Shown: in pieces, positions 1 to 13,821 of the stretch
How positions within the stretch are numbered: position 1 is the stretch's first letter
How the letters are laid out: each line of letters begins with the position of its first letter
DNA from: Microbotryum violaceum
Lineage: Eukaryota
Length of the DNA: 64,000 bases
Direction of reading: 5' to 3'
Assembly: GCA_001244265.2 (NCBI GenBank)
Contig: CDLV01000014.1
Span: 1,054,001-1,118,000 of the forward strand
Translations under genes and position numbers: made by a program
The notes under the pieces: model-generated
What the model saw: only the letters and a program-made list of their open reading frames with translations
Database searches by the model: none
Told to the model about the DNA's origin: nothing

Positions 1-446
1 GGTCTTTCCAACGGTCAGACCATTCGCGACCAGGTCGGCGATGTCGGCGTCCTTAGGGAATCGGATGCCGTGTTGTCCCTTGATGACGCAGGGCATGGCG
101 CCTGCAAGGGCCGGGTAGTGGTGATCGAGTGCTGAGAGCACTTTCTCGGAGGTGGTCGCGGGAGGGGTTTTGATGATTACACAGTTGGCGATGTTGTGAA
201 TCATCGGGTGGGAGGCAACAGTCGTGGCGGTGGCGGGGGTGGCGTTGGTCTTCGCATGGGAACGGGCGGAGACGGCCGCGGAGTACGACTTGGTTTGGGC
301 GGTGACGGTGACGCCGGTGGGGTCGGGAGGGCGATTAGGTGCTATAGCACCGGGGGTGGCATTGCTGGTGTCGTTGTTGTTGTGGTTGTTCATGCGTGTC
401 GCCCTGGGTTTGAAGATCACTTATCGAGCTTCGAGACGCGTTTCGC
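1..446 (-). mobile_element. 5' end of a second, diverged L1/Tx1-like LINE (ORF1 starts at 393 and runs off the window)
   Basis: Minus-strand translation from ATG 393 (MNNHNNNDTSNATPG...TKSYSAAVSARS...HPMIHNIANCVIIKTPP...CVIKGQHGIRFPKDAD...VANGLTVGK) aligns with ORF1 at 5603 (TKSYSAAVGARS...HPLMHNIENCVIINTPP...CVIKGQRGLRFPKAAD...VANGLTVGK). Only 53 nt separate its ATG from the upstream element's poly(A). Confidence 0.9.
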
Positions 447-616
447 TTTTTTTATTTATTTGATAGACTTCATTAACAGCATAATTATATTAATACCTAC
501 AAATCTTCGGAAAAGTCGGAGGGAATGCTGTTACGCACACTGGCAGAAGCCAGTAGCGTAGGACTCATTGACCCTGAACCAGGATCAACCATACCCACTA
601 AAACCCCTTTGGTGTC

Positions 617-3600
617 TTACAGAGACACTAGGCGACCCTTGGACTCCTGGATAGAGGCTCGAAGCCCCTCGAACTCCGTTTCGGTGATCGGTTCCAAAAG
701 ATCCGACGAGAATCGACGACGGCGACAGAGCTTCCAGATCGAGTGAAAGAAGAGGACTCGTAGTTCGACAAGTCGACGTTCCGAGCGAGACACGACCGGG
801 CATACAAAGTCCACAAAGACTGGGTGGGGGGTCGGGGACAGAGCAGACCAGAGGCGCCGGGCAAATGGGCAGCCGACCGCGAGGTGAACCAGGCACTCGG
901 GTGCTTCCGAGAGGCACATCACACAGGAGGTAGATCGATTGTTGGGATGTGGGCTGGTTGGGGAGGCGACTTGGCTTCCCGGATGGAGGGACCCCAGGGA
1001 GAGAAGGTGGCCGGTATCCTCGGCGTCCGAGTGAACCCGGCGAACCTTGCGCAAAGCCTTCCACCAAGCGTTCCAGCGTTGCTCAGGCAGATCGAATACC
1101 TTCTGGTGTCCCTTGGGGAAGATAAGGGGGAAGATGAAGACTTGGTGGCGTTTGGACGCGTTCACAAACGAAGACGGGGTCATCACCTCGCCATCGGGCC
1201 CTCGAAAAAGCGTCGGGTTTACCGAGAGTTGTATTCCGTGGCCCGCTGGGAAGAAGAGTACGTGCGACGCCCATTGCTCGAGGTTCTGACTCTTGGAGAG
1301 TTCCGGGGGATTGAGCGTGGTCACCAACGCCCAGGCTTCGAAGTATCGGACCCAACGAGCAGGAAGAAGTTTTGTCGTTTTTCTCACCGCATGGTCCCAC
1401 TTTGGGGGAGGATGGCAAAAGTATGCCCACCAGATCCAAATCCAAGGGCAACGATGCTGGTTGGGGGCCGGTCTGGACAAGGTGAAAGGGGTTGGTTCGT
1501 TTGGTGCCTGGAGGCGGATGCGGATGTCGAAGAGGTGGCGTGTGAAGCAGCCGTCCGGGGCCCGGAGCTGGAAGACCCACTTCGCGTGATCGATTGCTAG
1601 ACGCCGAGGCAGATCAATCAAACCGAAGCCGCCGTGATCAAGAGGGGTGCAGAGGCGCGACCGGGAGACCTTCGGACGTCGCTGAGTACCATCCGAAGCT
1701 CGACCGTGAATGGCGAGCATGGCGGCCTCCTCGATCTCCTTGACAACGCTCTTGGGGCGGGAAGGAATCGGCTGTAGTACAAGATCTTTGTGTAGCAGTA
1801 GATGTTGATGATCGAACACTTGGCTGCATATGGGAGATCGTACATCGGAATCGAGCGTATCCGAGCGATGGTCGAGGCCTTGACATCTTCCCAGCCCGCA
1901 TCCTCGGCGATCTCCACCCCGACCTGAATACCAAGGTAGCGAAACTGCGAATCGCTGAGACGCCAGGTCCCGAGATCTGGGGCGATCGACCGATCCCGAA
2001 AAGTTCTAAGGGGGTAGAGGAAAGATTTGACGTTGCTGAGCTTGCTGGCACTTGCCCGTTCGTAAAGCTCGATCGCCCGATTGACGTAGTCGAGGTCCGA
2101 GAGGTTGTGGAGTGCGCAGCAAGCGTCGTCGGCAAAAAGGAGTTCGCGAACGTTTTGGAGGCCCGCAATATCGATGCCCTTGACTCTCAATCGAATCTGA
2201 CAGGCAAAACCTTCGATCGCCAGGACGAAGAGAGACGGAGCCAAAGGATCACCTTGCCGAACGCCCGACAGGATGTCGAAAGTGGCAGAGAGCCAACCGT
2301 TGAGGAAGATCGAGGCAGATTGGTTGGTGTAGGTCGCTCGGTACCATTGGCGGGCTTTGGGGCCGAGGCCAACGGCGCAGAGGACTGCATCAAGGTACGG
2401 GTGGGAAAGACGATCGTAAGCCTTTTCAAAGTCCATCACCGCTAGCATGCCAGACACGGGTGTTGAGCCCGGAAGTCCAGGGTCCATGAGACACTGGACC
2501 TCAGCGATGTTTGTGCCGATCCAATGGTTCGGAACAAAGCCACGTTGGGTTGGCCCGATCAGGGACTCGAGCAAGGGAGTGAGGCGCTGGTTGTGGGCTT
2601 GCGAGATGATGCGCTCGTCCGCATTGATGAGCGATATGGGGCGTTTGTTTGAAAGCTGATCCCTCTCGCCGCGTTTGTGGATGAGATGGATGTGGGCGGT
2701 GTTGCGGGGAAGAGGTCCAGGCTGACGGGCCTCGGTGGGGATCGAGTTGATGACGTCTCGAAGAATCGGGCCAGTGGCCGGCCACGTAGCGCGATAAAAC
2801 TCAACCGGGAGGCCGTCAGGCCCTGGCGAAGAGTTCGACTTACACGCCGCTTGAGCCTTTGTCATCTCCTCCAACGGGTACGCTTCCTCGAGCTTGAGTG
2901 AGTCCGCGGGGAGAGGCGAGTTGAAGCGAGGCCGTCGATGACCGCCTTCAGGACCGCGTCATCGATGGGGCGGTCCTCTAGACCCGCTCGAAGTAGTCGC
3001 CGGCCGCTCCAAGCATCGAATCAGAGTCGGAATGAACAACATTGTTGACCGTGACCGAAGGGATCAGGTCGGATGCTCGCACTTTGCGCAGGCGGATGAA
3101 GATGGAAGAGGGACCCGCCAGAGATGGGTCGAGGCGGGACCGCAGGGCCGCGCCGTAGCGCGAGTGGTCAGCCCTCTCTTGCTCCGACCCGCCACGACGG
3201 AACCGAGCGAAAGTCCGGGCCAGAGCCTGCAGCTCGGGCAGCAGGCGGTGTTTGGTGGACGTCCAAGCTGCTGGTAGATCGTTGGGCGTCTGGAGGAGGG
3301 CTTTGTTGTAAAGGGTGCGGACAATGGAGGTGAGGTACTCGCAGGTCGCGTCGCCCTCGATCACGTGCAAACCCAGCTTGAATTTGCCCGGACCGATGTC
3401 GATTGCGCCCGGCACTTGGAACCGTGCCACAACCATTGAGTGCGTCGATTTGAGGAAAGGAGCCCAAATTTTGTGATCATGGAAGAGGTCGACCCAATCA
3501 GGCGAGACATAGATGCGGTCAAGGCGACGGCACGTGCCGGGCGCTGAGCGATTCGTCGTGGCTCGTCCTTTGGGATGATGGAGCCGATAGGCGTCGAAAA

Positions 3601-4188
3601 GATTGTTGGCCGTGGCAAGGTCGCGCATCTCCTGACCCCCATAATTCGTTCCGTTTTGGTTCTCCGAATCGAGGGGCTGGGACTCAACACAATTCCAGTC
3701 CCCCCGACTAGGAGCGCAGGCGGCGAGGGTTCGTCACGTACAACTTGTCGGAGGGCGGTGCTGAGGTGTGAGAGGAAGCGTTTTTTGTCTGGCTTGTCGG
3801 AGGAAGGCGCGTATATTGATACAACCCGGACTTTTGAATCACCCACACAAAAGGTGGCGTCGGTGACTCGGTCCGGGAAAGAGAAAGAGGCACGAAGAGT
3901 GTTTGGAGGCGACTCGGGATCAAAAGTAATGACCACGGAGTCGCACTTCCAAAGTATGGCAGTGTTGTTGAAAGGAGTGAAAAGAGCGGAGAGCTTTAAG
4001 CCTTGGCACTCCTGAGTCCACTGGGCCACCCTTTCGGGGGAAGGTCGGCCAGTTTCGCTCAGGAGAAAGACGTCGGCGTTATGGGAGCGGAGATTGGAGA
4101 AAAGAGAGGCACGCTTACGGTCTTCATTGATTGACTGCACGTTGACAGCAACAAAAGACACGTTTAGGATTTTAGTTGTGCTCATCAT
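617..4188 (-). pseudogene. LINE ORF2 (APE endonuclease - reverse transcriptase - CCHC), broken by several frameshifts
   Basis: Pieces in ORFs 3361-4404 (VNVQSIN...DVFLLSET...SIYAP), 2978-3628 (DAYRLHHP, RLDRIYVS), 1618-2874 (SPGPDGLPVEFY, RPISLIN, DFEKAYDR, GVRQGDPLAPSLF, LFADD, FRYLG) and 617-1819 (GGFGL, CVMCLSEAPECLVHLAVGC). Confidence 0.95.
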
Positions 4189-4189
4189 C

Positions 4190-5603
4190 TTGGTCCATAG
4201 CGTCTTCCACGTCCTTAGGAGGTGCTTCTTGGTCTTCGGCTTCTTCGTCGGCCTCGTCGTCGGTGTCGGCGTTATCGGGTCGGGCTTTGGGCGCGGCTGA
4301 GGGCAACGGCGTGGGCGAAGACGGCTCGGGGCTCGGCTCGGAGGCTTCGAGGGCAGGCGCAGTGGGAGGGGCTTCACGAGTGGCTGGCTTGGAGAGGGCG
4401 GCAATCGACTTGGATCGAGTTATGATCGACTTTGGCGTGGCCGGAGGAGGGCTTGGGGATGGAGAGGTGGTCTCTGAGCTGGGGACTCGGAGGATTTTTC
4501 AAAGAGGGAGTAGGCAATTCCCTGATTGGAGGCAGGCTGGGGGGCAGGAGGAGTGGCAGTTTTGCAAGGGAAATTGAAGGAGAACTCGGGGCGGGCATTC
4601 TTCGACAGAGAATCGGGCTGAGCTCTGTTGGACAGATCTTCAGTCTGGGCAGCCAGATCCTGTTCCACGCGACGTTTTTTGGTCGTGCGGTCGTGGGCGG
4701 AGGCCGGGGAGATCGACTTGGACACGGCGGCGGGGGCGGCGGTGGTAACGGTGGAGGCTTGCGGGGCACGTGACGTGGGGGGTCCCTGGGGGCTCGACGC
4801 ATGACGGGCCGGGCGGTGCTGGGTGGCGTGCGAGGTGCTCGCGCAGGACTTGCACGCCGGGGCGACTGGGCAATCCTTACGGACGTGAGCCGCGGAACGG
4901 CAGAAGACGCAGTGGCGCATGCCACCGGTGATCCTCAGTGGGATTCGCTCAGTGACACCGTCACAAGCAATAGAAAGTGAGGCAGGGGGCAGAACATCTA
5001 CATCCTTAAGGGCAAGGATAAAGTCGTACACCCCAGAGATGTGTTTCGTCTTTCCAATGTACTGGATGCGACGACGGAGGACCGTGCCATAGGCAGCGAT
5101 CTGCTCATCGAATAGGCAGAGGCCCTCGGGTCGGAGAAAAAGCCCGTAAGGGTGCATTGTACAACACCTCCTCTAGTAGAGCTGTACAGCTTCTCGACTT
5201 TGCACAGAGTCTTGCCAACAGTGAGGCCGTTGGCCACCAGGGTGTCGAGATCGGCGGCCTTGGGAAAGCGGAGGCCGCGCTGACCCTTGATGACGCATGT
5301 CATTGCGCCGGTAAGGCCAGGGTAGTATTTGTCAAGCGCGAGGAGGACTTGCTCGACCGAGGTTGAGGGTGGGGTGTTGATGATGACACAATTCTCGATG
5401 TTGTGCATCAGTGGATGGGCGGCGACGGCAGTCGAGGCGTTGGCGGTGGCGTTTCCGTGCTTCGCAGCGGAGCGGGCGCCGACCGCGGCGGAGTATGATT
5501 TGGTGGTGGTGGCGGGGGCTTGGCCGGGAGGATCGGGAGGGTCAGGGCGAAGAGGTGGTATAGCAGCATGGCTGGCGTTGTTGGTGCTGTTGTTGTTGTC
5601 CAT
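4190..5603 (-). pseudogene. LINE ORF1 (gag-like nucleic-acid-binding protein), frameshifted
   Basis: ORFs 4998-5603 and 4420-5157; CX2CX4HX4C knuckle CVFCRSAAHVRKDC followed by a second CKSC...H motif; located immediately upstream of ORF2. Confidence 0.88.
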
Positions 5604-5632
5604 CCAATAGGAGTTTCCTTTTTCCAGGATGA

Positions 5633-5898
5633 AAAATTAAGTCACCCCGAAAAGGGGAAAGGGAAAGGAGAAAGATTTGGACTAAGAGCGTTGGCGTGCA
5701 TCAACAACGGCAATTTTAAGTAAAAGGCGTAAGATTGATTCTGTGGTCGATACACCGCTCAGTATTAAAATTAAGTCACCCCGAAGAGGGGGAAAGGGAA
5801 AGGAGAAAGATTTGGACTAAGAGCGTTGGCGTGCATCAACAACGGCAATTTTAAGTAAAAGGCGTAAGATTGATTCTGTGGTCGATACACCGCTCAGT
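5633..5898. repeat. Tandem duplication of about 132 bp (5633-5763 and 5767-5898)
   Basis: Direct comparison shows two almost identical units with a period of 134-135 bp. Confidence 0.97.
5641..5765 (-). ncRNA. U5 snRNA-like unit, copy adjacent to LINE ORF1
   Basis: Minus strand ATACTGAGCG-GTGTATCGAC-CACAGAAT-CAATCTTA-CGCCTTTTACT-TAAAATTG-CCG-TT-GTTGATGCAC-GCCAA-CGCTCTTAGT. Invariant U5 loop I GCCTTTTAC at 5720-5728, internal-loop CCG, three stacked helices, then a 3' CCCC/GGGG hairpin. The Sm-site position (AAATCTTTC) is non-canonical. Confidence 0.8.
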
Positions 5899-5901
5899 GA
5901 T
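5775..5901 (-). ncRNA. U5 snRNA or U5-like gene, upstream copy
   Basis: Near-identical to 5641-5765; loop I at 5855-5863; begins ATCACTGAGCGG; differs only at the 5' terminus and around the 3' hairpin loop. Confidence 0.8.
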
Positions 5902-7889
5902 AAAACGAGCGGGCACGAATTCCAGGCGAAGCTAATCGCCCTTCCTTGGCCCCCCCCCATTAGAGTGCTTTCGCGATACTCGCGCTTGAACAAGTCACTT
6001 AGTACTAGCCATCTTCGGTAATCACTTGAGTTAGGTGGCTGTGAGGGATTAGGCCGATTAGATATTGAAAGGGCGCAGGGTCGGTTCCGCTTCATTCGGT
6101 CCGAGATTGGAGCATAGCACGACAACATCATCCCATGCAGGCCTTGAACGATGCCTTCGATTGATCATTGCCACTCACCAACATGAACATGACGATCGCC
6201 GAGCTCCTCGCCTTCGATGTCGCTCCCGCCGACGCGTCTCTTCACATCGAGTTGTCCAAAGACGAGCTCACCCACTACTCGACCTTATCATCTACTCGAG
6301 GCCGTTGAGAAGGCAACTGAAACAGCTTCTCACGACCAATCGTGCGTCTACCAAGCTCAACTACCGAAATTTTGGTCTAAGCTCACGCGTGTTTGGTTCT
6401 ACACAGCCCACACACTTGAAACTTCCGCCTCAAGTTGTCGATGCTCGCGATACCAATTTCTCGCTGAACTGGCCAACCTGATTGCCCATCAAGCTGCTCA
6501 TAAGTGTAGCCACCTCAAGCTGTTCTACTCAAGGGAGGCCGATGGAAGCGACCGACCCAACTCGCGGAGAGGCAGGCGTAAGGGTTAGCAATACAGAGGA
6601 CGCAGTACAGCAAATTCATGCGTCTTGAAAGGGTTGGTACAGTCCATGGGACCATCTCGCTGCGAAGACATGGCGGGCACGACGAGGAGCTTTTGCTGTA
6701 CTGGAGGTGACCAGATGGCCCGAGCACTCACAACACACGAGGATCCAGAAGAATGTCTATACTGAGGATGGCCGCATTCAAGTGAGTTGTCGCTGAATTT
6801 AGGAGCGAAGGCAACTGGATCTAATGTTTGGAGAAACAAGCAGACGGAGCACTAGCACAACGCTATCCTCATTTTGGAATGCTTGACGGCGGAGCTGTAA
6901 CCACTACCACAACATCGGAGATTGGATCTCTGGTCTGCTTTGGCCTCAAGCGTGGCATGCATTCACTCAGCTGCGATCAAACTGCTTATGGAGAAGAAGC
7001 GCTGTCCATTGGAATTGGTATGATGCCTTGAATGGCAGTTGAGCTGTGACGTTCTCACTTGACACAGGTCTTGTCTGCTGCAGTGCGATACATCTACAGC
7101 AAAGTGACAACAGCGCGCTTGCGTCGTTGGTTGTACTTCCAAATATCGTCGTACAGGAGCTTCGCCTCATCAAGAAAGCTTGCTCTTCCATTCACCTCGT
7201 TGATGGCACTATGCCGTTCCGCATGATTGATGGTCGGCAGGTCATCGAATCATTAGGCCCGCCAAAGGTCACATACAGTTCAACCACGTACCTTACCTCA
7301 CTTTACCCCGACAAGCGCATAATCAGCACGAGCGCACATGCCGAGCAAAGTTTTGCCTCCCTTCGGAGCGTGCCCGGCCTGCGAGATGCCGCCGGCAGAA
7401 CCTCTACAAGCCACAAATGCCACGGCGGATACGAAAAGCTCAAGTTCAGCAAACCGATTCTGACAATGAAGTAGCGAGCCTGCCAACCAAGCAAGGAACG
7501 CTTGTTTGATGTCTGGAGCCACGCGCGACACCAGCCGAAGCGACGCGCGCCGCAAGCCACTTTCGATTGGCCGCCGCGCGCCCGCAAACGCTCGGAACGC
7601 GTTTTCGAGGACTTTTGAGCGATTTTTGGAGCATGTAGAACACATTTTGATAATATTTCCGAGGCGCATGCGAAATTTTGACATCTTGGGGCCGAAATAG
7701 GGTAAAAAAAATTGACAAAAAGGCCACAAAAGGGCGTTTTTCTCATGCGCCTCTGGCTGGGCTTTCGGGGGTTCTGCGCCAGCTCGCGCACTGCTCGCAC
7801 CCTACGCGCTTCAACCCACTCACTCCTCTCATTAATCTTGCCTCTCTGTGCTTCCGGCCGGCGATACATCCGCGTGCTCACACACACAA

Positions 7890-9528
7890 ATGTCTGAAAC
7901 CCCATCAAGTCTCCCTTGGCGTATTCAGAGCTCGTTCCGGTCTGCGGTCGCGTTGAAGCAGGTCAATCTGTTTCGGTCGAGCGAGATTGTCCGGATCGAT
8001 GACGCGCCACCGACGTTCCCGAACCAGCTCGTGCACATCTGCCCCGATCTCGCCCACAAGCCTTCAGCGCCCCCAAAGTACGCACCACTTTCCAAAGCTA
8101 GAGTCTGTTGACCCTTTAACGGTTGCTCGAGCTTGGCCTCCTAGCGCTGATAGTCTTTCACGGCTCCCGCTTGAACTCTTTCGCGCTTGCTCCTCTGCTC
8201 CATTGGCCCCTCGCACAGAACGCCTGACCTGAGCAAAGTCGGCAAGCGCGATCCTTTACAGGGCCCCGAGTACGGACCTGGGGAGAAGGTTCAAGATTTT
8301 GAATGCGGAGGCGTCTCTTACTCAATTGTGCACAATCTACACGCGCTGATGGAAGGTCAGTCCGAGGATCCACGACTGCACGACTTCAGACGACTTTGAC
8401 TTTGCCGCTTCTAGCTTGGTCCTGATGCTTGTCGCGCCGTGTAAATGCGTTGATCCTGCGGCGGTTCCGCAGAACATGGTATGATCGTACCACAATTTGG
8501 AGAGTCCACCCCGTTCCGACCTCAAACGAGCGACTTGATCGATAGCGACCTCGAAGCGGCGTATTCGCTGACGCAGCAATACGCCGACGACGGTCGGGAG
8601 ATCATCTGCTTTTTCAAGTGAGTTTTCGTTACTTTAGTGCTGGAGTGAGAGTAGAAGCGGGATGGGTAATCAAACAGCTTGGGGTTGGCACTGTACCTCA
8701 GCGGGGGGCCTCTTGCTGGTGCCTCGCAGCCACATCTTCGTGAGTAGAAGGGCAACCCTGATCGCGTCGGCGAAGGATTTCAACTGATAAGCTTGAACCG
8801 CCTTGCCTTATGTTATGTTGAATTCCGCCTCTCAATGGATCTTGTGCCCCACAGACATTCAGTTCTGCCCGTTCCAACTTTCCACTCCGCCGGCTCCTGA
8901 ACTACTTGCTCGGGCTATAGGATCAGGTAAGTGTCTCGAAGGCATGATTCAAAACTGGCCTGAATACCAGGACAAATGGACAATGCACTGATATCCTTGA
9001 TGACGACGAGACCGATAGTGTCGGAAGATAAGCCTACCAAATTGAACATACCGTGGATTCACTACATCATACCGATTCCGCCATCACCCACGACCGCAAC
9101 GCTGTCCACGCTTTACCATCGCTTGCTCAAGACGAACAGGGACTACCTCGAAGCGCACGGCAAGAGCGATCGGACGAGTTACAACCTTTTCATTACGCAG
9201 AAGTTTATGCACCTTGTCCCTCGAACCAAAAGGTTGATCAGATTTGAGCGGAAGAGTTCGGAAGGCAAGACGGGTAGGTTCATAGGTGCCGGCTTTCGGA
9301 TACCTCGCTCTGGCTGATGGGACAAAAGCCACTGACCGAACGTGGAACTCGTCCATAACAGAAGAAGTGAACTTCTCGGTCAACGGCTTGGTGATACTTG
9401 GCTTATGGCACGTCCAGGATTCAAACACGCGGGCCGAACTTCTGCAGTTCGGACTTGAGAGAGGGCTGAGAAGTTGCTGCGTCGCCAATGGGGACTATGC
9501 GGCGGCGAATTATGAAAAGGGCTCTTGA
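7890..9528 (+). CDS. APA2: Ap4A phosphorylase / ATP adenylyltransferase (Apa1/Apa2 family), multi-exon
   Basis: Spliced reading gives ...RDPLQGP...PQTSDL...IICFFN|GGPLAGASQPHL|HIQFCP (HxHxQ motif)...SYNLFITQKFMHLVPR...FSVNGL; GT-AG introns at the joins. Confidence 0.8.
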
Positions 9529-9610
9529 CGAAGCATCATGGACCTATCAATACGACAACGAGGCATCTTATAGCGTATAAATGCTACTTAGAGTCGGAAT
9601 TTTTAACAAA

Positions 9611-10117
9611 CCAGTGGGATCCCGTTAAACTACTAACGGGCGGATGAAATTCAAATCGCATGAGAATCGAAGAACAGTCTACATGATTTCAGCAGAGGTA
9701 AACAAAAACAAACAAAAAATGCAAGGTTTTCCATTCATCGCCGAAACAGCCTGCCCACTCAAACATTCGTGCAATGAGATCTGGACGGTGGCATGCTTTG
9801 TCGTTCGGCCACAGTGCAGCCTTGATTTCCGGCCATTCGCGATTGGACTCGCGCGTCAACGTGATGAACAGCCCGGAGGCTTTCCATATTTGACAATGCA
9901 CGCCATCGTAGCTTCCGTGCAAGTAGTACGCAAAGAATTGTGAGCCTGACACCGGCGTTGGCGCGCCGCAGCACGTGACAGACTCCTGCCTCGCCCCGCG
10001 CGTCAGGCCGCCAGGCCGTCAGGCCTCACGGCAGGCGGCCGGCAGTGACTGCACTGCATGGCATGGGGAAGACCGCCCCCGGCCCAAGCCCAAACGAAAG
10101 CTATGTTAGAATTTAGA
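9611..10117 (-). mobile_element. Short non-autonomous Helitron derivative
   Basis: Rep remnant LFITLT...EWPEIKAAL.PNDKACHRPDLIARMF homologous to 29780-29980; 3' hairpin CCCGTTA...TAACGGG followed by CTGG^T at 9614-9610. The 5' end is approximate. Confidence 0.8.
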
Positions 10118-10773
10118 AATCACTATTCAATAGAAGTCGGCGTGAACGTCGTTCAGACTGAGGCTGCTCGTCGAAATTACTTGGCCGACACGAAACGTTC
10201 GACGAGCGACGATCATCATAGTACCACAGCCTATGGACTCCTGAGCTCCTGTGGCTGTGGTCACCTGCTGGCAGCTGCTGGCAGCTTCCACAGTGCCTTC
10301 CGCCGAGTCTGCCTTCCTTCCGCTACTAACCCGAGCGCTGGCCAGCAGCGACGAGCCAGGGCGCTCAAACTTGGGCCAAAGGCGCACAATGTACACTCCT
10401 AGTCGGCGTGAAAGGAATCTTGAAGTAATGCGGAGTGAACTGGTAGCAGTGACGCAGACTCGACGGGTGTAATCAGATGATCAGCGTCTTCAATGCCAAA
10501 GGTCTCCACATGACTCGACCACAAAAAGATCACTGCGGCTTGTGTTTCTATCTCGACTTTCTTATTTCGACCTAAGAACCGAGTTGACTGCCCATGAGTA
10601 GTCTCGTTCAATTTGCGTGAATTCTAGGTTGCTGGCAAGGTTGAACGCGGCCTGAGTTGCATTCAGTCTTTTTCAGTGGCGCAGCGCTGCGTGCTCATCG
10701 GCCCACCTCTCCGCGTCCCCACTCCCATCCGTCCATCCACAGCTCGCCATCCCCGACACAGTCACATTCGGTG

Positions 10774-13640
<2,867 letters not shown>

Positions 13641-13821
13641 ATCTACATCCAGGTTGCTGCACCCGTTGCTTTAGTGCCATACTATATTTATCTATCCAAT
13701 CAGAGTCAGGAGATGCAGGGAGCGCGTCCCGGTTCCTTGAGAAGTTGCGACTAATAGGTGGCCTACAGTCATTGTCGGGCTATCTCGCCCACCTGCAGCC
13801 ACTGGCTGAAGAGGGCGCGAT

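Larger units (their letters stand above)
447..5632 (-). mobile_element. Full-length, frameshifted non-LTR retrotransposon of L1/Tx1-like type (ORF1 + APE-RT ORF2, 3' UTR, A-rich tail)
   Basis: ORF1 with zinc knuckle, ORF2 with APE endonuclease, RT and C-terminal CCHC motif; AAATAAATAAAAAAA tail at 461-447 on the minus strand. Confidence 0.95.

Noticed and set aside
470-600. Possible HDV-like or hammerhead ribozyme in the LINE 3' UTR
   Set aside because: Stems are present, but no CUGAUGA/GAAA core or convincing HDV P3/L3/P1.1 arrangement.
196-4773. Long plus-strand ORFs over the LINE (e.g. 824-1600, 3575-4015)
   Set aside because: Antisense shadows of GC-rich coding sequence with no motifs.
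5633-5898. Tandem unit interpreted as a target-site duplication or CRISPR-like repeat
   Set aside because: Both copies are on one side of the LINE with no spacer, and the sequence is eukaryotic.
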